DNA of 64,000 bases from a candidate division FCPU426 bacterium. Its GTDB lineage: Bacteria; Oederibacteriota; JAAXVQ01; JAUVAV01. The notes beneath the pieces were generated by a model. It did no database searches. It saw only the letters and a list, made by a program, of their open reading frames with translations, and was not told the DNA's origin. The position numbers were made by a program, and so were the translations under genes. Below are positions 28,437-37,905 of the stretch, in pieces. Within the stretch, counting starts at the first letter, position 1; each line of letters begins with the position of its first letter. The DNA is taken from NCBI GenBank assembly GCA_030637655.1, contig DAOWGI010000031.1, positions 9,588-73,587 on the forward strand, in the 5' to 3' direction.

Positions 28437-30035
28437 ATGCGCCACAACATCGCAGGAATTACACTGCTATTCATGCTTTTTGCGCAATCCGTATTAGCCG
28501 GCGAACCGGCGTTGATACCTGTGAAGCAACCTCTCAAGAAAAAAGCCGTTGAAATTTTGGTAAAGTATAGTCAGGGGAGCCGATTCACCAAGCAAAGCGG
28601 TTACTTGGGAAAGCTTCCGGCTTTGCAATGCGAACGCTTTTGTGTTCCAAAACAGCAGACCGCTGAGGCCATGGCCAAAAGCAGGCAGGCGGATCCGCAG
28701 GTGGAATGGGTTCAACCTAATTATTGGCGTTATGCCTTGGCCACTGAAGTGGTTCCTGATGATCCGTACTATCGTCCGGAACAAAATCAACGTCAGTATC
28801 AGCAATGGTATCTTTCCAAAGTGAATGCCAATTTTGCCTGGTCTGTGGCAGATGGCAGTGAGAATATCACTGTTGCGGTGGTGGACTCAGGAGTGGATTT
28901 GAACCATCCGGATTTAAAAAATCGTCTGGTGCGCGGCGCGACTTTGGTAAGCCAAGAAGATTATTCTCCAACTTCCGAAGGTATGGATGATCATGGTCAT
29001 GGCACCCATGTGGCTGGTATTATCGCGGCGCAAAGTAACAACAACCTCGGGATCAGCGGCTGTGCCTGGAAGGGCAAAATCATGCCCATCAAAGTTTTGA
29101 ACAATAAAGGCGAAGGACTGGATTCGGATATTGCTGTTGGCATTCGTTGGGCAGTAGACGCGGGAGCGAAAATTATTAATCTCTCCCTTGGCGGATATGG
29201 CGACGATGGCAGTCCACCGCCGGTATTGCAGGAGGCAGTAGATTACGCGTACTCTCAAGGATGTTTAGTCATTGCTGCTGCGGGAAATACCGGCGATAAT
29301 ACAGTTCACTATCCAGGCGCCCTGGAACATGTTATAGCAGTTGCTGCTACAGATCCGTGGGATCAGCGCGCTGCTTATTCCACCTATGGTTCCTATGTGG
29401 ATTTGGCAGCGCCCGGAGGCGCCGGCGCAGATCAATTTTCCCGAGCCACAGGTATGTTAAGCACCTATTGGAATGAAAACAGCCATATTACCGATAAATC
29501 CTCCGGGTCTGAGGCAGGAGAGTACGCAATCATGGCAGGCACTTCCTTTGCGGCGGCCGTGGTTTCCGGAGCCGCGCTGGTGGTCTGGGGAAATCAACCA
29601 AGCTATACAGTGGACGAGGTTGAAAATGTTTTATTGGATAGTGCTGTGGATGTGGGAGCAATTGGCGCGGATATCCGGACCGGTAATGGCCGAATAGATC
29701 TTTTGGCTGCTCTGGGTAATCCGGTAGTTGAACGGACGGCCTTAACCTCATACAACTATCCCAATCCGTTTTATCCGGAAAAAGATACTACTACCCGGAT
29801 TGTTTTTTTTCTGGATGAGCCTGCTGAAACAAAAGTCAGGATATATGATTCAGCGCGGGAATTGGTCTGGCACAAAAAAATAGCGGCCGCGGAAACCCTG
29901 GCAGGTAAAAATACGCTGACTTGGGATGGAACCAATGATTTAGGACAAAGGGTCGCAAATGGCGTGTATTTTTACCGGTTAACCACAGCCCCAGGATTAG
30001 CCGGTAAATTAAAAACCATCGCGGTGGTGCGATGA
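28437..30035 (+). CDS. secreted S8 (subtilisin) serine protease with FlgD/T9SS-like C-terminal domain
   Basis: Signal peptide; triad VVDSG, HGTHVAG, GTSFAA; C-terminal NYPNPF..WDGTN..VANGVYFY. Confidence 0.92.
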   Translation: MRHNIAGITLLFMLFAQSVLAGEPALIPVKQPLKKKAVEILVKYSQGSRFTKQSGYLGKLPALQCERFCVPKQQTAEAMAKSRQADPQVEWVQPNYWRYALATEVVPDDPYYRPEQNQRQYQQWYLSKVNANFAWSVADGSENITVAVVDSGVDLNHPDLKNRLVRGATLVSQEDYSPTSEGMDDHGHGTHVAGIIAAQSNNNLGISGCAWKGKIMPIKVLNNKGEGLDSDIAVGIRWAVDAGAKIINLSLGGYGDDGSPPPVLQEAVDYAYSQGCLVIAAAGNTGDNTVHYPGALEHVIAVAATDPWDQRAAYSTYGSYVDLAAPGGAGADQFSRATGMLSTYWNENSHITDKSSGSEAGEYAIMAGTSFAAAVVSGAALVVWGNQPSYTVDEVENVLLDSAVDVGAIGADIRTGNGRIDLLAALGNPVVERTALTSYNYPNPFYPEKDTTTRIVFFLDEPAETKVRIYDSARELVWHKKIAAAETLAGKNTLTWDGTNDLGQRVANGVYFYRLTTAPGLAGKLKTIAVVR

Positions 30036-31012
30036 GAAACGTATGTCAACCAACAGGATGGTTGCTCAGCCTCGTAGTACTGCTGGTTGCTGGAACTGTT
30101 TATGCGGAAGGGACCGGCGGACAGGCCGGCGCGTATTTGAAGCTGGGTATGGATGCGCGTGCCAAGGCTTTGGGCAGCGCTTATACCGCAGTGGCCACGG
30201 ATGCTGCTGCCGGATATTGGAATCCGGCAGGTTTGGGATTGGCGTTGCGCCAGCAGGTCATGGCCGCCTACACGGCCTTTCCTGAGGGCGGTGATTATTC
30301 ACAAATCGCCTATGTCCTGCCTGTGAGCGAGTTCACATTTCCTGAGGATCAGCGATCCGCCGGTACGGGTCAATTTTCACTAGGATCTTTGGGCATTACG
30401 ATCCTGAGGTACGCGGCGGCTTATAATATTGAAGCGCGCCAGGTGGATTCCATCAATCCGGATTATTATTTTTCAGACATTGAAGGCTGCTATGGATTCG
30501 CCTATGGTATATCATTGAATCCGGAGTGGAGCGTGGGGTTGGGTGTGAAAGGATTGTATCATGAATTGGATCAGGTGGATGCCACCGGGTTTGGGATGGA
30601 TGCAGGTGTAGTTTGGCAGGGATTTCCCGGGCTTTCCGTGGGGTTCGCGGTTCGCGATGCCTACAGTAAATTGCAGTGGTCTACCGGCTGCCAAGAAGTG
30701 TTTCCCGCCACACTGAAAGCCGGCGCAGCGTACCAGCGCGAGTTTGGAAAAGCCCAGGTAGTTTTGGTGAGTGTTGAAGCTACACACAATTTAACTTCAG
30801 CGCTTCTAAGGCTGCACGCTGGTTTGGAATATGCCTTTGAAAAAATACTTTTTATACGGATGGGTTATGATGACGGGGTTTTGGCCGCGGGCGGCGGGGT
30901 ACGTATTCCTTGGTTGGGTTGGGAACAAGCTGCCTGGCGGATTGACTATTGTGCCCAGGAAGATCGTATTGTAGGCTGGGACCATTGGTTTAGCTTGAAA
31001 CTGGAGTTGTGA
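30032..31012 (+). CDS. PorV/PorQ-like outer-membrane beta-barrel
   Basis: AYLKLGMDARAKALGSAYTAVATDAAAGYWNPAGL, typical of the PorV/FadL-like N-terminus; overlaps the protease stop (ATGA). Confidence 0.85.
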   Translation: MRNVCQPTGWLLSLVVLLVAGTVYAEGTGGQAGAYLKLGMDARAKALGSAYTAVATDAAAGYWNPAGLGLALRQQVMAAYTAFPEGGDYSQIAYVLPVSEFTFPEDQRSAGTGQFSLGSLGITILRYAAAYNIEARQVDSINPDYYFSDIEGCYGFAYGISLNPEWSVGLGVKGLYHELDQVDATGFGMDAGVVWQGFPGLSVGFAVRDAYSKLQWSTGCQEVFPATLKAGAAYQREFGKAQVVLVSVEATHNLTSALLRLHAGLEYAFEKILFIRMGYDDGVLAAGGGVRIPWLGWEQAAWRIDYCAQEDRIVGWDHWFSLKLEL

Positions 31013-31082
31013 ATTTATTTTCAAAGGGCATTCGCAAGGGGTGCCCCTGCGGTTTTTAATTTTCTGTACCCGGGAAGCGGTA

Positions 31083-31111
31083 TTGACAAAAAGCTCATTT
31101 TTAAGTAAAAT
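31083..31111 (+). promoter_or_regulatory. sigma70 promoter for the yicC-coaBC operon
   Basis: TTGACA-17bp-TAAAAT. Confidence 0.65.
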
Positions 31112-31131
31112 CTTTTATTCTCTTTATATCT

Positions 31132-31223
31132 GTAGGGAACGGTCCCCAACTGGAATGCCTGTAGGGAACGGTCGCGACCGAAGGGAATCCCATTTGTAGG
31201 GAACGGTCGCGACCGTTCCCTAC
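31132..31223 (+). repeat. tandem/nested GTAGGGAACGGTC REP cluster
   Basis: Three GTAGGGAACGGTC starts; the last is the complete palindrome GTAGGGAACGGTCGCGACCGTTCCCTAC. Confidence 0.85.
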
Positions 31224-31252
31224 AGGATAATTAAAATCAGGAAACGGAGTGC

Positions 31253-31498
31253 ATGAAAACAAAAACAAAACCTCAGGAAATCCGGATTAATACTTCTTTC
31301 CTGGTTATTTTGCTGGTCATGGGATTACTGGGTCTTATCACTCTGATTACGATTTTATCCATTCAACCGGTTGGATCGGCAATTATCAAAGTGATTTTCA
31401 TATATGCCATCGGTTTTTTGGGAGCCGGACTTTTAATCGCGGCGCTGGTTAATCGTTTGGTGGATCATCGTGATTCCGAGACAGGAGAGCCGGCATGA
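31253..31498 (+). CDS. small two-TM membrane protein
   Basis: Two hydrophobic segments, GGAG RBS, overlaps the yicC start. Confidence 0.7.
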   Translation: MKTKTKPQEIRINTSFLVILLVMGLLGLITLITILSIQPVGSAIIKVIFIYAIGFLGAGLLIAALVNRLVDHRDSETGEPA

Positions 31499-32373
31499 TA
31501 ACAAGCATGACAGGCTATGGTCGCGGCGAAGCCAGGAATGGCCGTTTGGCTGTGGCGCTGGAGGTAAAAACCGTCAATCACCGGCATCTTGAAGTGATGG
31601 TTAAATTGCCAGGCGGTCTCTGGGAACTGGAACCGCTAATTAAAAAGAAAGCGCGCGAGATGGTACGTCGCGGACGTGCGGAAGTATATTTGCATTTGCT
31701 TTCTCCGGTAGCCGGGACGCGGGAACCGGTCGTAGATGTGGATCTGGCAGCCAAATATTTACGCGCTTTGAGCAAAGCGGGCAGTTGCTTAGGGATTACG
31801 GGCAATGTGGATCTCTCCATGATTGCGCGTTTGCCGGAAGTGGTTCGGGTGGAGGATCGTCCGATTCAGACCACCATGGTCAGCTCTTTGGTGGAACGCG
31901 CCCTGCAGCAAGCGTTAAAGCGTGTGAGCACCATGCGCCGTACTGAGGGCAAACGGTTGGCTGTGGATATTAAGCAACGCTTGAATTCCATCCGGAGATT
32001 ATTGCCTAAAATTCAGCAACGCTTGCGGAGCAGTATGCGACAACAGGAAAAACGTTTGCGTAAGAAGATCGCTTTATGGTTAAGCACGGACAATGTCGAA
32101 GCCAAACGCATCACACAGGATGCGATGCTCAAGCATATACGTTCCGATGTCACAGAAGAAATTGTTCGTCTCAACTCACATTTAAGTCAGTTTTTGGTTT
32201 TTATGCGCCAATGTGAACCTGTGGGCAGGCGTTTGGATTTTTTGATCCAGGAAATGAACCGTGAAATTAATACTATTGGAGCCAAAGCTGCTGACGCGGT
32301 CATAGCCCAGTTTGTTGTGACTGTGAAAGAGGAAATTGAGAAAATTCGCGAGCAGGTCCAAAATTTAGAATAA
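31495..32373 (+). CDS. yicC: YicC/YloC family endoribonuclease
   Basis: MITSMTGYGRG, VNHRHL, GRRLDFLIQEMNREINTIGAK, REQVQNLE. Confidence 0.95.
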   Translation: MITSMTGYGRGEARNGRLAVALEVKTVNHRHLEVMVKLPGGLWELEPLIKKKAREMVRRGRAEVYLHLLSPVAGTREPVVDVDLAAKYLRALSKAGSCLGITGNVDLSMIARLPEVVRVEDRPIQTTMVSSLVERALQQALKRVSTMRRTEGKRLAVDIKQRLNSIRRLLPKIQQRLRSSMRQQEKRLRKKIALWLSTDNVEAKRITQDAMLKHIRSDVTEEIVRLNSHLSQFLVFMRQCEPVGRRLDFLIQEMNREINTIGAKAADAVIAQFVVTVKEEIEKIREQVQNLE

Positions 32374-32403
32374 ACGGATGTCCGGCGTACGCCCAATAAT
32401 ATT

Positions 32404-32453
32404 GTAGGGACGCACTGAGTGCGCCCGCGGTGTTGCGCACTGAGTGCGCCCGC
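32404..32453 (+). repeat. REP doublet
   Basis: GTAGGGACGCACTGAGTGCGCCC plus a second GCGCACTGAGTGCGCCC. Confidence 0.8.
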
Positions 32454-32469
32454 AACGAGCAGGTGTCTT

Positions 32470-32760
32470 ATGGAATTAACGCTCATCCCAATCGGGTACG
32501 GCAATATAGTGGTCGGCCAAAGAATAGTTGCTATTATTGCTCCGGATTCTTCTCCGGTCAAACGACTGCGGGAAGAAGCCGCTGCGCATGGGAAACTTAT
32601 TGATGCCACGCACGGACGACGAACACGGGCGGTGATTATTACGGATTCGGATCATGTTGTGCTTTCGGCCCTGCAGCCGGAAACCATTTCGCAGCGATTT
32701 GGCGGCAATGGAACGCAGGAGTCCAACTCCACTGAGACCCGGACCCGGAACAAAAAATGA
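32470..32760 (+). CDS. remA: RemA/DUF370 family regulator
   Basis: [50 protein letters not shown]; position between yicC and gmk. Confidence 0.92.
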   Translation: MELTLIPIGYGNIVVGQRIVAIIAPDSSPVKRLREEAAAHGKLIDATHGRRTRAVIITDSDHVVLSALQPETISQRFGGNGTQESNSTETRTRNKK

Positions 32761-33395
32761 AGCGCCAAGGAGTACTCATTGTGGTTTCTTCCCCGTCCGG
32801 TGGCGGCAAGACAACCATTTGTGAACAGTTGTTAAAGCAAGACCGGAATTTGGTGCGCAGCATATCTGTGACTACCCGGGAACCACGTGGTTGTGAAAGC
32901 CAAGGACGTGATTATTACTATATGGATATGCTCAAATTCCGGCAATTAAAAAAACAAGCTGCTTTTTTGGAATGGGCGCAAGTGCACGGACATTGTTACG
33001 GAACCTTGCGGCAAGCGGTTGCCAAAGAGCAACAACGCGGCAAAGATGTTCTGCTGGTCATTGATGTACAGGGCGGAATGGCAGTGAAAAAAAAAGATCC
33101 CCGGGCAGCATTGATTTTTGTGCAGCCGCCTACACTTAAAGCCTTACAGTCCCGCTTACAAGGACGCGGGACCGATGGCCAAGACACTATTCGAAAGCGT
33201 CTGCAAAACGCGCGCTGGGAAATGTCCTGTGCGCAATATTATGACTATGTGGTCGTGAATGAGTATTTGCCCAAAGCAGTGGAACAGGTACAGGCGATTA
33301 TTACGGCAGAGCGATTGCGGGTAATGCCAACCCCGAAAAGCAGAGAAAGATGGGATAAAAACCGTAGAGACGCGATTAATCGCGTCTCTACATAG
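32757..33395 (+). CDS. gmk: guanylate kinase
   Basis: [37 protein letters not shown]. Confidence 0.96.
   Translation: MKRQGVLIVVSSPSGGGKTTICEQLLKQDRNLVRSISVTTREPRGCESQGRDYYYMDMLKFRQLKKQAAFLEWAQVHGHCYGTLRQAVAKEQQRGKDVLLVIDVQGGMAVKKKDPRAALIFVQPPTLKALQSRLQGRGTDGQDTIRKRLQNARWEMSCAQYYDYVVVNEYLPKAVEQVQAIITAERLRVMPTPKSRERWDKNRRDAINRVST
33364..33391. repeat. REP palindrome inside the gmk 3' end
   Basis: GTAGAGACGCGATTAATCGCGTCTCTAC, identical to copies at 39969 and 61850. Confidence 0.9.
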
Positions 33396-33478
33396 AACAA
33401 TCCATGTATCCTCTGCGTGTATCGGCGGCTAAATTTAATTCCGGCTTGTCCGGGCTATAGTGAAAGGAGATAAAGAAG

Positions 33479-33688
33479 ATGCATCATCTGGATTTTGAAA
33501 AAATTATCGACAAATTGGGCAGTAGGTACGAAGCCGTGATTCGTATGTCCGTGATTGCCCGTAAAATGGCTGATGAGGGAATTACTGAAGAGAATACCGG
33601 TGGCAAGAAAATCACCAGCGCAGCTTTAAATCAGTATTTGGAAGAAAATAAGCTGCTGATGACCGACAAAGCCGAAATCAAGGAGTAA
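33479..33688 (+). CDS. rpoZ: RNA polymerase omega subunit
   Basis: KLGSRYEAV..ARKM..KITSAAL; position between gmk and coaBC. Confidence 0.8.
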   Translation: MHHLDFEKIIDKLGSRYEAVIRMSVIARKMADEGITEENTGGKKITSAALNQYLEENKLLMTDKAEIKE

Positions 33689-33691
33689 GCC

Positions 33692-34957
33692 ATGCTTAGC
33701 GGCCGCCGTATTGTTCTGGGAATTACCGGGAGTATTGCGGCCTATAAAGCCGCGGATTTGGCACGTCAATTGGTAAAAGCCGGAGCAGAAGTTACGGTCG
33801 TGATGACGGAAAACGCCTGTCGTTTTATCACTCCCTTGACCTTTCGCACGCTAACCCGTGGACCGGTGATCACCGGTTTTTTTGCCGAGCAGGCTGAACC
33901 TGTGCCGCATATAGCGTTGGCACAGTGGGCTGAGCTTATTCTAATAGCGCCGGCTACCGCGGATACCATTGCCAAAACAGCCGTTGGCCGGGCTGATGAT
34001 CTATTGACCGCAATGCTGTTGGATACTACGGCGCCGATTCTCTGGGCTCCGGCTATGAACACCCGCATGTGGGACAATTCAGTTACCCGGGAAAATGTCA
34101 AAAAGCTTACCCAGCGTGGTCATCACTGGGTCCAGCCAACAGAAGGGGAACTAGCCTGCGCTGAAACCGGCAGAGGACGATTGGCGGAAGTTGAGGACAT
34201 TGTCGCGGCTGTACAGAATCTATTGCTTCCTGCGAGCCGTTTGACCGGCAAGCAGGTGCTCATCACAGCCGGACCGACACGCGAACCCTGGGATGCGATT
34301 CGTTTTTTATCCAACCGTTCTTCAGGCAAAATGGGGTATGCACTGGCTGAGGAAGCGAGGCGCAGAGGAGCGAAGGTTACCTTGCTGTCCGGACCGGTGG
34401 CCTTAATTCCTCCGGCTGGAATTGATCTGGTAACTGTAAACACAGCCCGGGAAATGTATGCTGCCGCTAAAAAAGCATTTGTACAGACCGATATATTTAT
34501 GGCCGCTGCTGCAGTAGCGGATTTTCGTCCGGCCGAAAGCAAAACAAATAAAATAAAAAAATCCAAAGCCCCGGAAACAATTGCGCTGGTTCCGAATCCT
34601 GATATACTCCTGGAATTAGGCCAACACAAGGGTGAGAAAATTGTGGTCGGTTTTGCCGCGGAAAGCGATAAGGTAGTGGACGCAGCCAAACAAAAACGGG
34701 TTAAAAAAAATTGTGATCTGATGGTAGCCAACGCGGCAGGTGGAGAAGCTGATGCTTTTGCTGCTGATCACGCCCAGGTTTTTATACTGGATAACCAGGA
34801 TCAGGTGGAAGCCTTGCCGTCCTTGCCCAAGGCGCAGGTGGCGTCTGTAATCTGCGACCGGATTGAGACGCTGATAAAAGAAAAGAATTCACCGCATACC
34901 CAAAAAACGGGCACGCGGAGACGCAGAGGACGCAAAGAAAACGAAGAGGAAAAATAA
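33692..34957 (+). CDS. coaBC: phosphopantothenoylcysteine decarboxylase/synthetase
   Basis: GITGSIAAYKA, PAMNTRMW, TAGPTRE..RFLSNRSSGKMG, VGFAAE. Confidence 0.97.
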   Translation: MLSGRRIVLGITGSIAAYKAADLARQLVKAGAEVTVVMTENACRFITPLTFRTLTRGPVITGFFAEQAEPVPHIALAQWAELILIAPATADTIAKTAVGRADDLLTAMLLDTTAPILWAPAMNTRMWDNSVTRENVKKLTQRGHHWVQPTEGELACAETGRGRLAEVEDIVAAVQNLLLPASRLTGKQVLITAGPTREPWDAIRFLSNRSSGKMGYALAEEARRRGAKVTLLSGPVALIPPAGIDLVTVNTAREMYAAAKKAFVQTDIFMAAAAVADFRPAESKTNKIKKSKAPETIALVPNPDILLELGQHKGEKIVVGFAAESDKVVDAAKQKRVKKNCDLMVANAAGGEADAFAADHAQVFILDNQDQVEALPSLPKAQVASVICDRIETLIKEKNSPHTQKTGTRRRRGRKENEEEK

Positions 34958-34968
34958 AATTAATAATA

Positions 34969-35038
34969 GTAGGGGCGCACCGAGTGAGCCCGCCGCATAC
35001 GTCCGCAATGAACATGTAGGGGCGCACTGAGTGCGCCC
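34969..35038 (+). repeat. tandem REP pair
   Basis: GTAGGGGCGCAC..GCCC at 34969 and 35016. Confidence 0.85.
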
Positions 35039-35058
35039 GTAAGAAAGAGTAATTATTT

Positions 35059-36684
35059 ATGAAGCAAACACTAAGCCGTATTCTAATTGCTTCCTTTTTA
35101 TCACTGTTGATTTTTTCCTCAAGCTTTGCCCGGCAGCCATTGCCCGGACCGGAAGACTTTGAACCCGGTGTGCTGTTAGTAAAATTCAAAGCTGCTGTGT
35201 CTGCTGAAACAATTTCCGAAACAGCGACAACATTCGGAGTACAGACCAATCAGCTTGCCGATGTACTGCAAGCCATGCGCGCGCAATATAAAGTCGTTGC
35301 CTCCACAACTTTAACTCCTCTTAACATTGAGCGTTGGCAATTTTTAGACCAACACGCTTTAACCCGGACCAGGCAAACCATTCTGCACACCGGTTTAGTG
35401 GAGTATGTGGAGCCGAATTACCAGCGCGTGGCACAGGCGCCGCGAACGGATGGTCCGAATGACACCTATTATCAAGCAGGTAACCAATGGTGGTTGGAAG
35501 CCGTTTCCGCGGACCGGGTTTTTGCGGAAAATATTTTGCCGGTCGGACAGGAAGTGATTGTGGCTGTTTTGGACAGCGGGATTTTATTAACGCACGAAGA
35601 TCTAACGGCTAACCTGGTGTTGGGAAAAGATTATGTGATACAAAATGGCGTGGGTAATGATGATGATGGTCATGGTACGCATGTCGCGGGTATTGCCGGC
35701 GCGGTGACCAATAATAATCTGGGCATGGCCGGAATAGCAGGAACCGCCAATGTCAAACTTATGCCAATAAAAATATTGGATCATGATGGTTTTGGGTATG
35801 ACTCTGATATTGCCCAGGGAGTGATCTGGGCGGTGGACCATGGCGCCCGGGTTCTTAACCTGAGCTTTGGCAGTACAGCCATGGGAAAAGTATTGGAAGA
35901 TGCCATTGCTTATGCCTATCAAAAAAAATGTGTGATTATCGCGTCTGCTGGAAATGATGGAGACCTGGATAACCCGGTTATTTATCCGGCTGCGTATGAC
36001 AAAGTGATTGCGGTCGCGGCGTGTACCTTGGCAGGAGTTCGGGCCGCCTATTCCGAGTATCATGATTATGTGGATTTGGCAGCGCCGGGCGGTGATGACG
36101 GCACGAACGCGGAAAGAATGTTAAGTACCTATAACCAAACAAACGATTCGTACGCCTATGCTTTCGGCACTTCCATGGCCGCACCGGTGGTTTCCGGAGT
36201 GGCGGCCTTGCTGGTTCTCCAGGATCCGAGACGCACGGCCGAAGAAATTAAACAATTGCTGGTCAGCACAGCTGATAAAATCGGCAGCCTGCAAAATGAT
36301 ACTGATGGTTGGAATCGCTATTTGGGTTGGGGCCGGGTGAATTGCTTTCAGGCCTTAACGCGTTTTATTACGTTTCAAAGCCGGACAACCGGCCGCGCAT
36401 CCTACAATTACCCTAATCCATTTAGTCCGGTGGTGGGAGAGCAAACGCATATTTTAATTCCTGTTGCGGAAACCGGAGCGCGCGCGCGTTTGCGGATCTT
36501 TGATAGTCTGGGATACTTGGTTTGTGAAAAGGATAATACCGGCACACAGATCTGGGCAGGCAGCATTATTACGTGGGACGGCCACGATAAAAACGGTGAT
36601 TGGGTGGCCAATGGTGTGTATCCGTATATTTTGGATGTGGACGGCAAACGTTATAAAAATAAAATAGTGGTTTTGAACAAATGA
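35059..36684 (+). CDS. secreted S8 serine protease with FlgD/T9SS-like C-terminal domain
   Basis: Signal peptide; VLDSG, HGTHVAG, GTSMAAP; NYPNPF..WDGHD..VANGVYPY. Confidence 0.92.
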   Translation: MKQTLSRILIASFLSLLIFSSSFARQPLPGPEDFEPGVLLVKFKAAVSAETISETATTFGVQTNQLADVLQAMRAQYKVVASTTLTPLNIERWQFLDQHALTRTRQTILHTGLVEYVEPNYQRVAQAPRTDGPNDTYYQAGNQWWLEAVSADRVFAENILPVGQEVIVAVLDSGILLTHEDLTANLVLGKDYVIQNGVGNDDDGHGTHVAGIAGAVTNNNLGMAGIAGTANVKLMPIKILDHDGFGYDSDIAQGVIWAVDHGARVLNLSFGSTAMGKVLEDAIAYAYQKKCVIIASAGNDGDLDNPVIYPAAYDKVIAVAACTLAGVRAAYSEYHDYVDLAAPGGDDGTNAERMLSTYNQTNDSYAYAFGTSMAAPVVSGVAALLVLQDPRRTAEEIKQLLVSTADKIGSLQNDTDGWNRYLGWGRVNCFQALTRFITFQSRTTGRASYNYPNPFSPVVGEQTHILIPVAETGARARLRIFDSLGYLVCEKDNTGTQIWAGSIITWDGHDKNGDWVANGVYPYILDVDGKRYKNKIVVLNK

Positions 36685-36686
36685 TT

Positions 36687-36744
36687 GTAGGGGCACGATG
36701 CTTGTCCGACATCACTTTAGCGACGTCGGATGCCGTGCCCCTAC
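36687..36744. repeat. REP with a nested palindromic insert
   Basis: GTAGGGGCACGATG[CTTGTCCGACATCACTTTAGCGACGTCGGA]TGCCGTGCCCCTAC. Confidence 0.8.
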
Positions 36745-36764
36745 CGCCAAAGGAAAAATGGCAC

Positions 36765-37730
36765 ATGGATTCATATTGGACACGAAAAACATTGCTCGGC
36801 ATTTTAACGGGTTTGTGCATTCTGCTAACAGTTGTAGTGCCAAATCGCATGGAGGCTGCCGGCCAGGCAGCGGCGTATCTGCGCGAAGGCGTAGGTGCCC
36901 GGGCTTTGGGCATGGGTAATGCGGGAACCGCGGTGTCGCAGGATGCTTCTGCTGCCTATTGGAATCCGGCTTCCCTGGCCTTTATGCCTCTGCCTGCCAG
37001 TTTTGTCGCGCAGACTGTGATCTTGGGCTGGGAACGCTCTTGGAGTTATCTGAGTATTGCGTATTCCGACTTCACCACTGGTGATGAAAAATTTTCCTAT
37101 GCCGCGAGTTGGATCAGTTTTTCAGCCGGTGGTGATCTGGAAGCCCGTGCGGTCAACCGTCCGGAACCGGATCACATCTTTCGTGATTCCCAAAACATGA
37201 TTTCGTTTTCTGTCAGTGCCGGAAGTTTGAGGGATCTCTTTTCCCTTGGCCTGAATGTAAAAATGATTTTTCACAGTTTGGATACGGAATCAGCCAATGG
37301 TTTTGGTTTTGACCTGGGGTTGTGGAACGAGATCGCGGTGGGCACACAATGGGGAGTTGTATGGCAGGATGTGTACACTACCTTGGGTTGGGAAGATTGG
37401 CACGCGGATCGGGTGCCGGCCTATGTGCGCCTGGGTGCGGCGCAGTATTTTTTGGACAAACAACTGCTCCTGACCGGTGATTTGGGTCTGGAATTTTTTC
37501 ACGCGGCCGGGGCTTTTCGGGATATGCGAGTTCATCTGGGTTTGGAATATTTTCTTATGCCGGCTCTGGCGCTGCGTGCCGGGTGGGACACGGACCGCTG
37601 GACCACAGGAGTTGGTTGGGAATTTTATATTCAAAAAGCGGCTTGGGTACATCTGGATTATGCCTTGGCCGGAGAACGTTTAAGCGACGAGGGCATCACC
37701 CAATTTATCTCTCTGACGGTAAATTTTTAA
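36765..37730 (+). CDS. PorV/PorQ-like outer-membrane beta-barrel
   Basis: AYLREGVGARALGMGNAGTAVSQDASAAYWNPASL; C-terminal Phe; start set at ATG 36765 after AAGGA. Confidence 0.85.
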   Translation: MDSYWTRKTLLGILTGLCILLTVVVPNRMEAAGQAAAYLREGVGARALGMGNAGTAVSQDASAAYWNPASLAFMPLPASFVAQTVILGWERSWSYLSIAYSDFTTGDEKFSYAASWISFSAGGDLEARAVNRPEPDHIFRDSQNMISFSVSAGSLRDLFSLGLNVKMIFHSLDTESANGFGFDLGLWNEIAVGTQWGVVWQDVYTTLGWEDWHADRVPAYVRLGAAQYFLDKQLLLTGDLGLEFFHAAGAFRDMRVHLGLEYFLMPALALRAGWDTDRWTTGVGWEFYIQKAAWVHLDYALAGERLSDEGITQFISLTVNF

Positions 37731-37872
37731 AACCTAACCCGGACCAGCCGGAACAAAAATATAACCGCCGATACACGCCGATATACGCAAATTAAAAATC
37801 TTTTTTATCCATTATGCAATAAACATTTGCGTTTATCTGCGTGTATCGGCGGTTAATTTTCTTTCCATTTTG
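37731..37872 (+). repeat. ~140-bp dispersed hairpin repeat (AACCGCCGAT family)
   Basis: Near-identical reverse-complement copies at 47973-48103 and 55570-55710; partial copies at 33411-33455 and 63860-63901. Confidence 0.85.
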
Positions 37873-37905
37873 TAAGATACTAAGCCACCGAAAGGAGCCG
37901 AAAAT

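Noticed and set aside
36681-36764. Longer N-termini in the ORF track for 36681, 32419 and 61826
   Set aside because: The extensions run through REP DNA; downstream ATGs have an RBS and family-typical starts.
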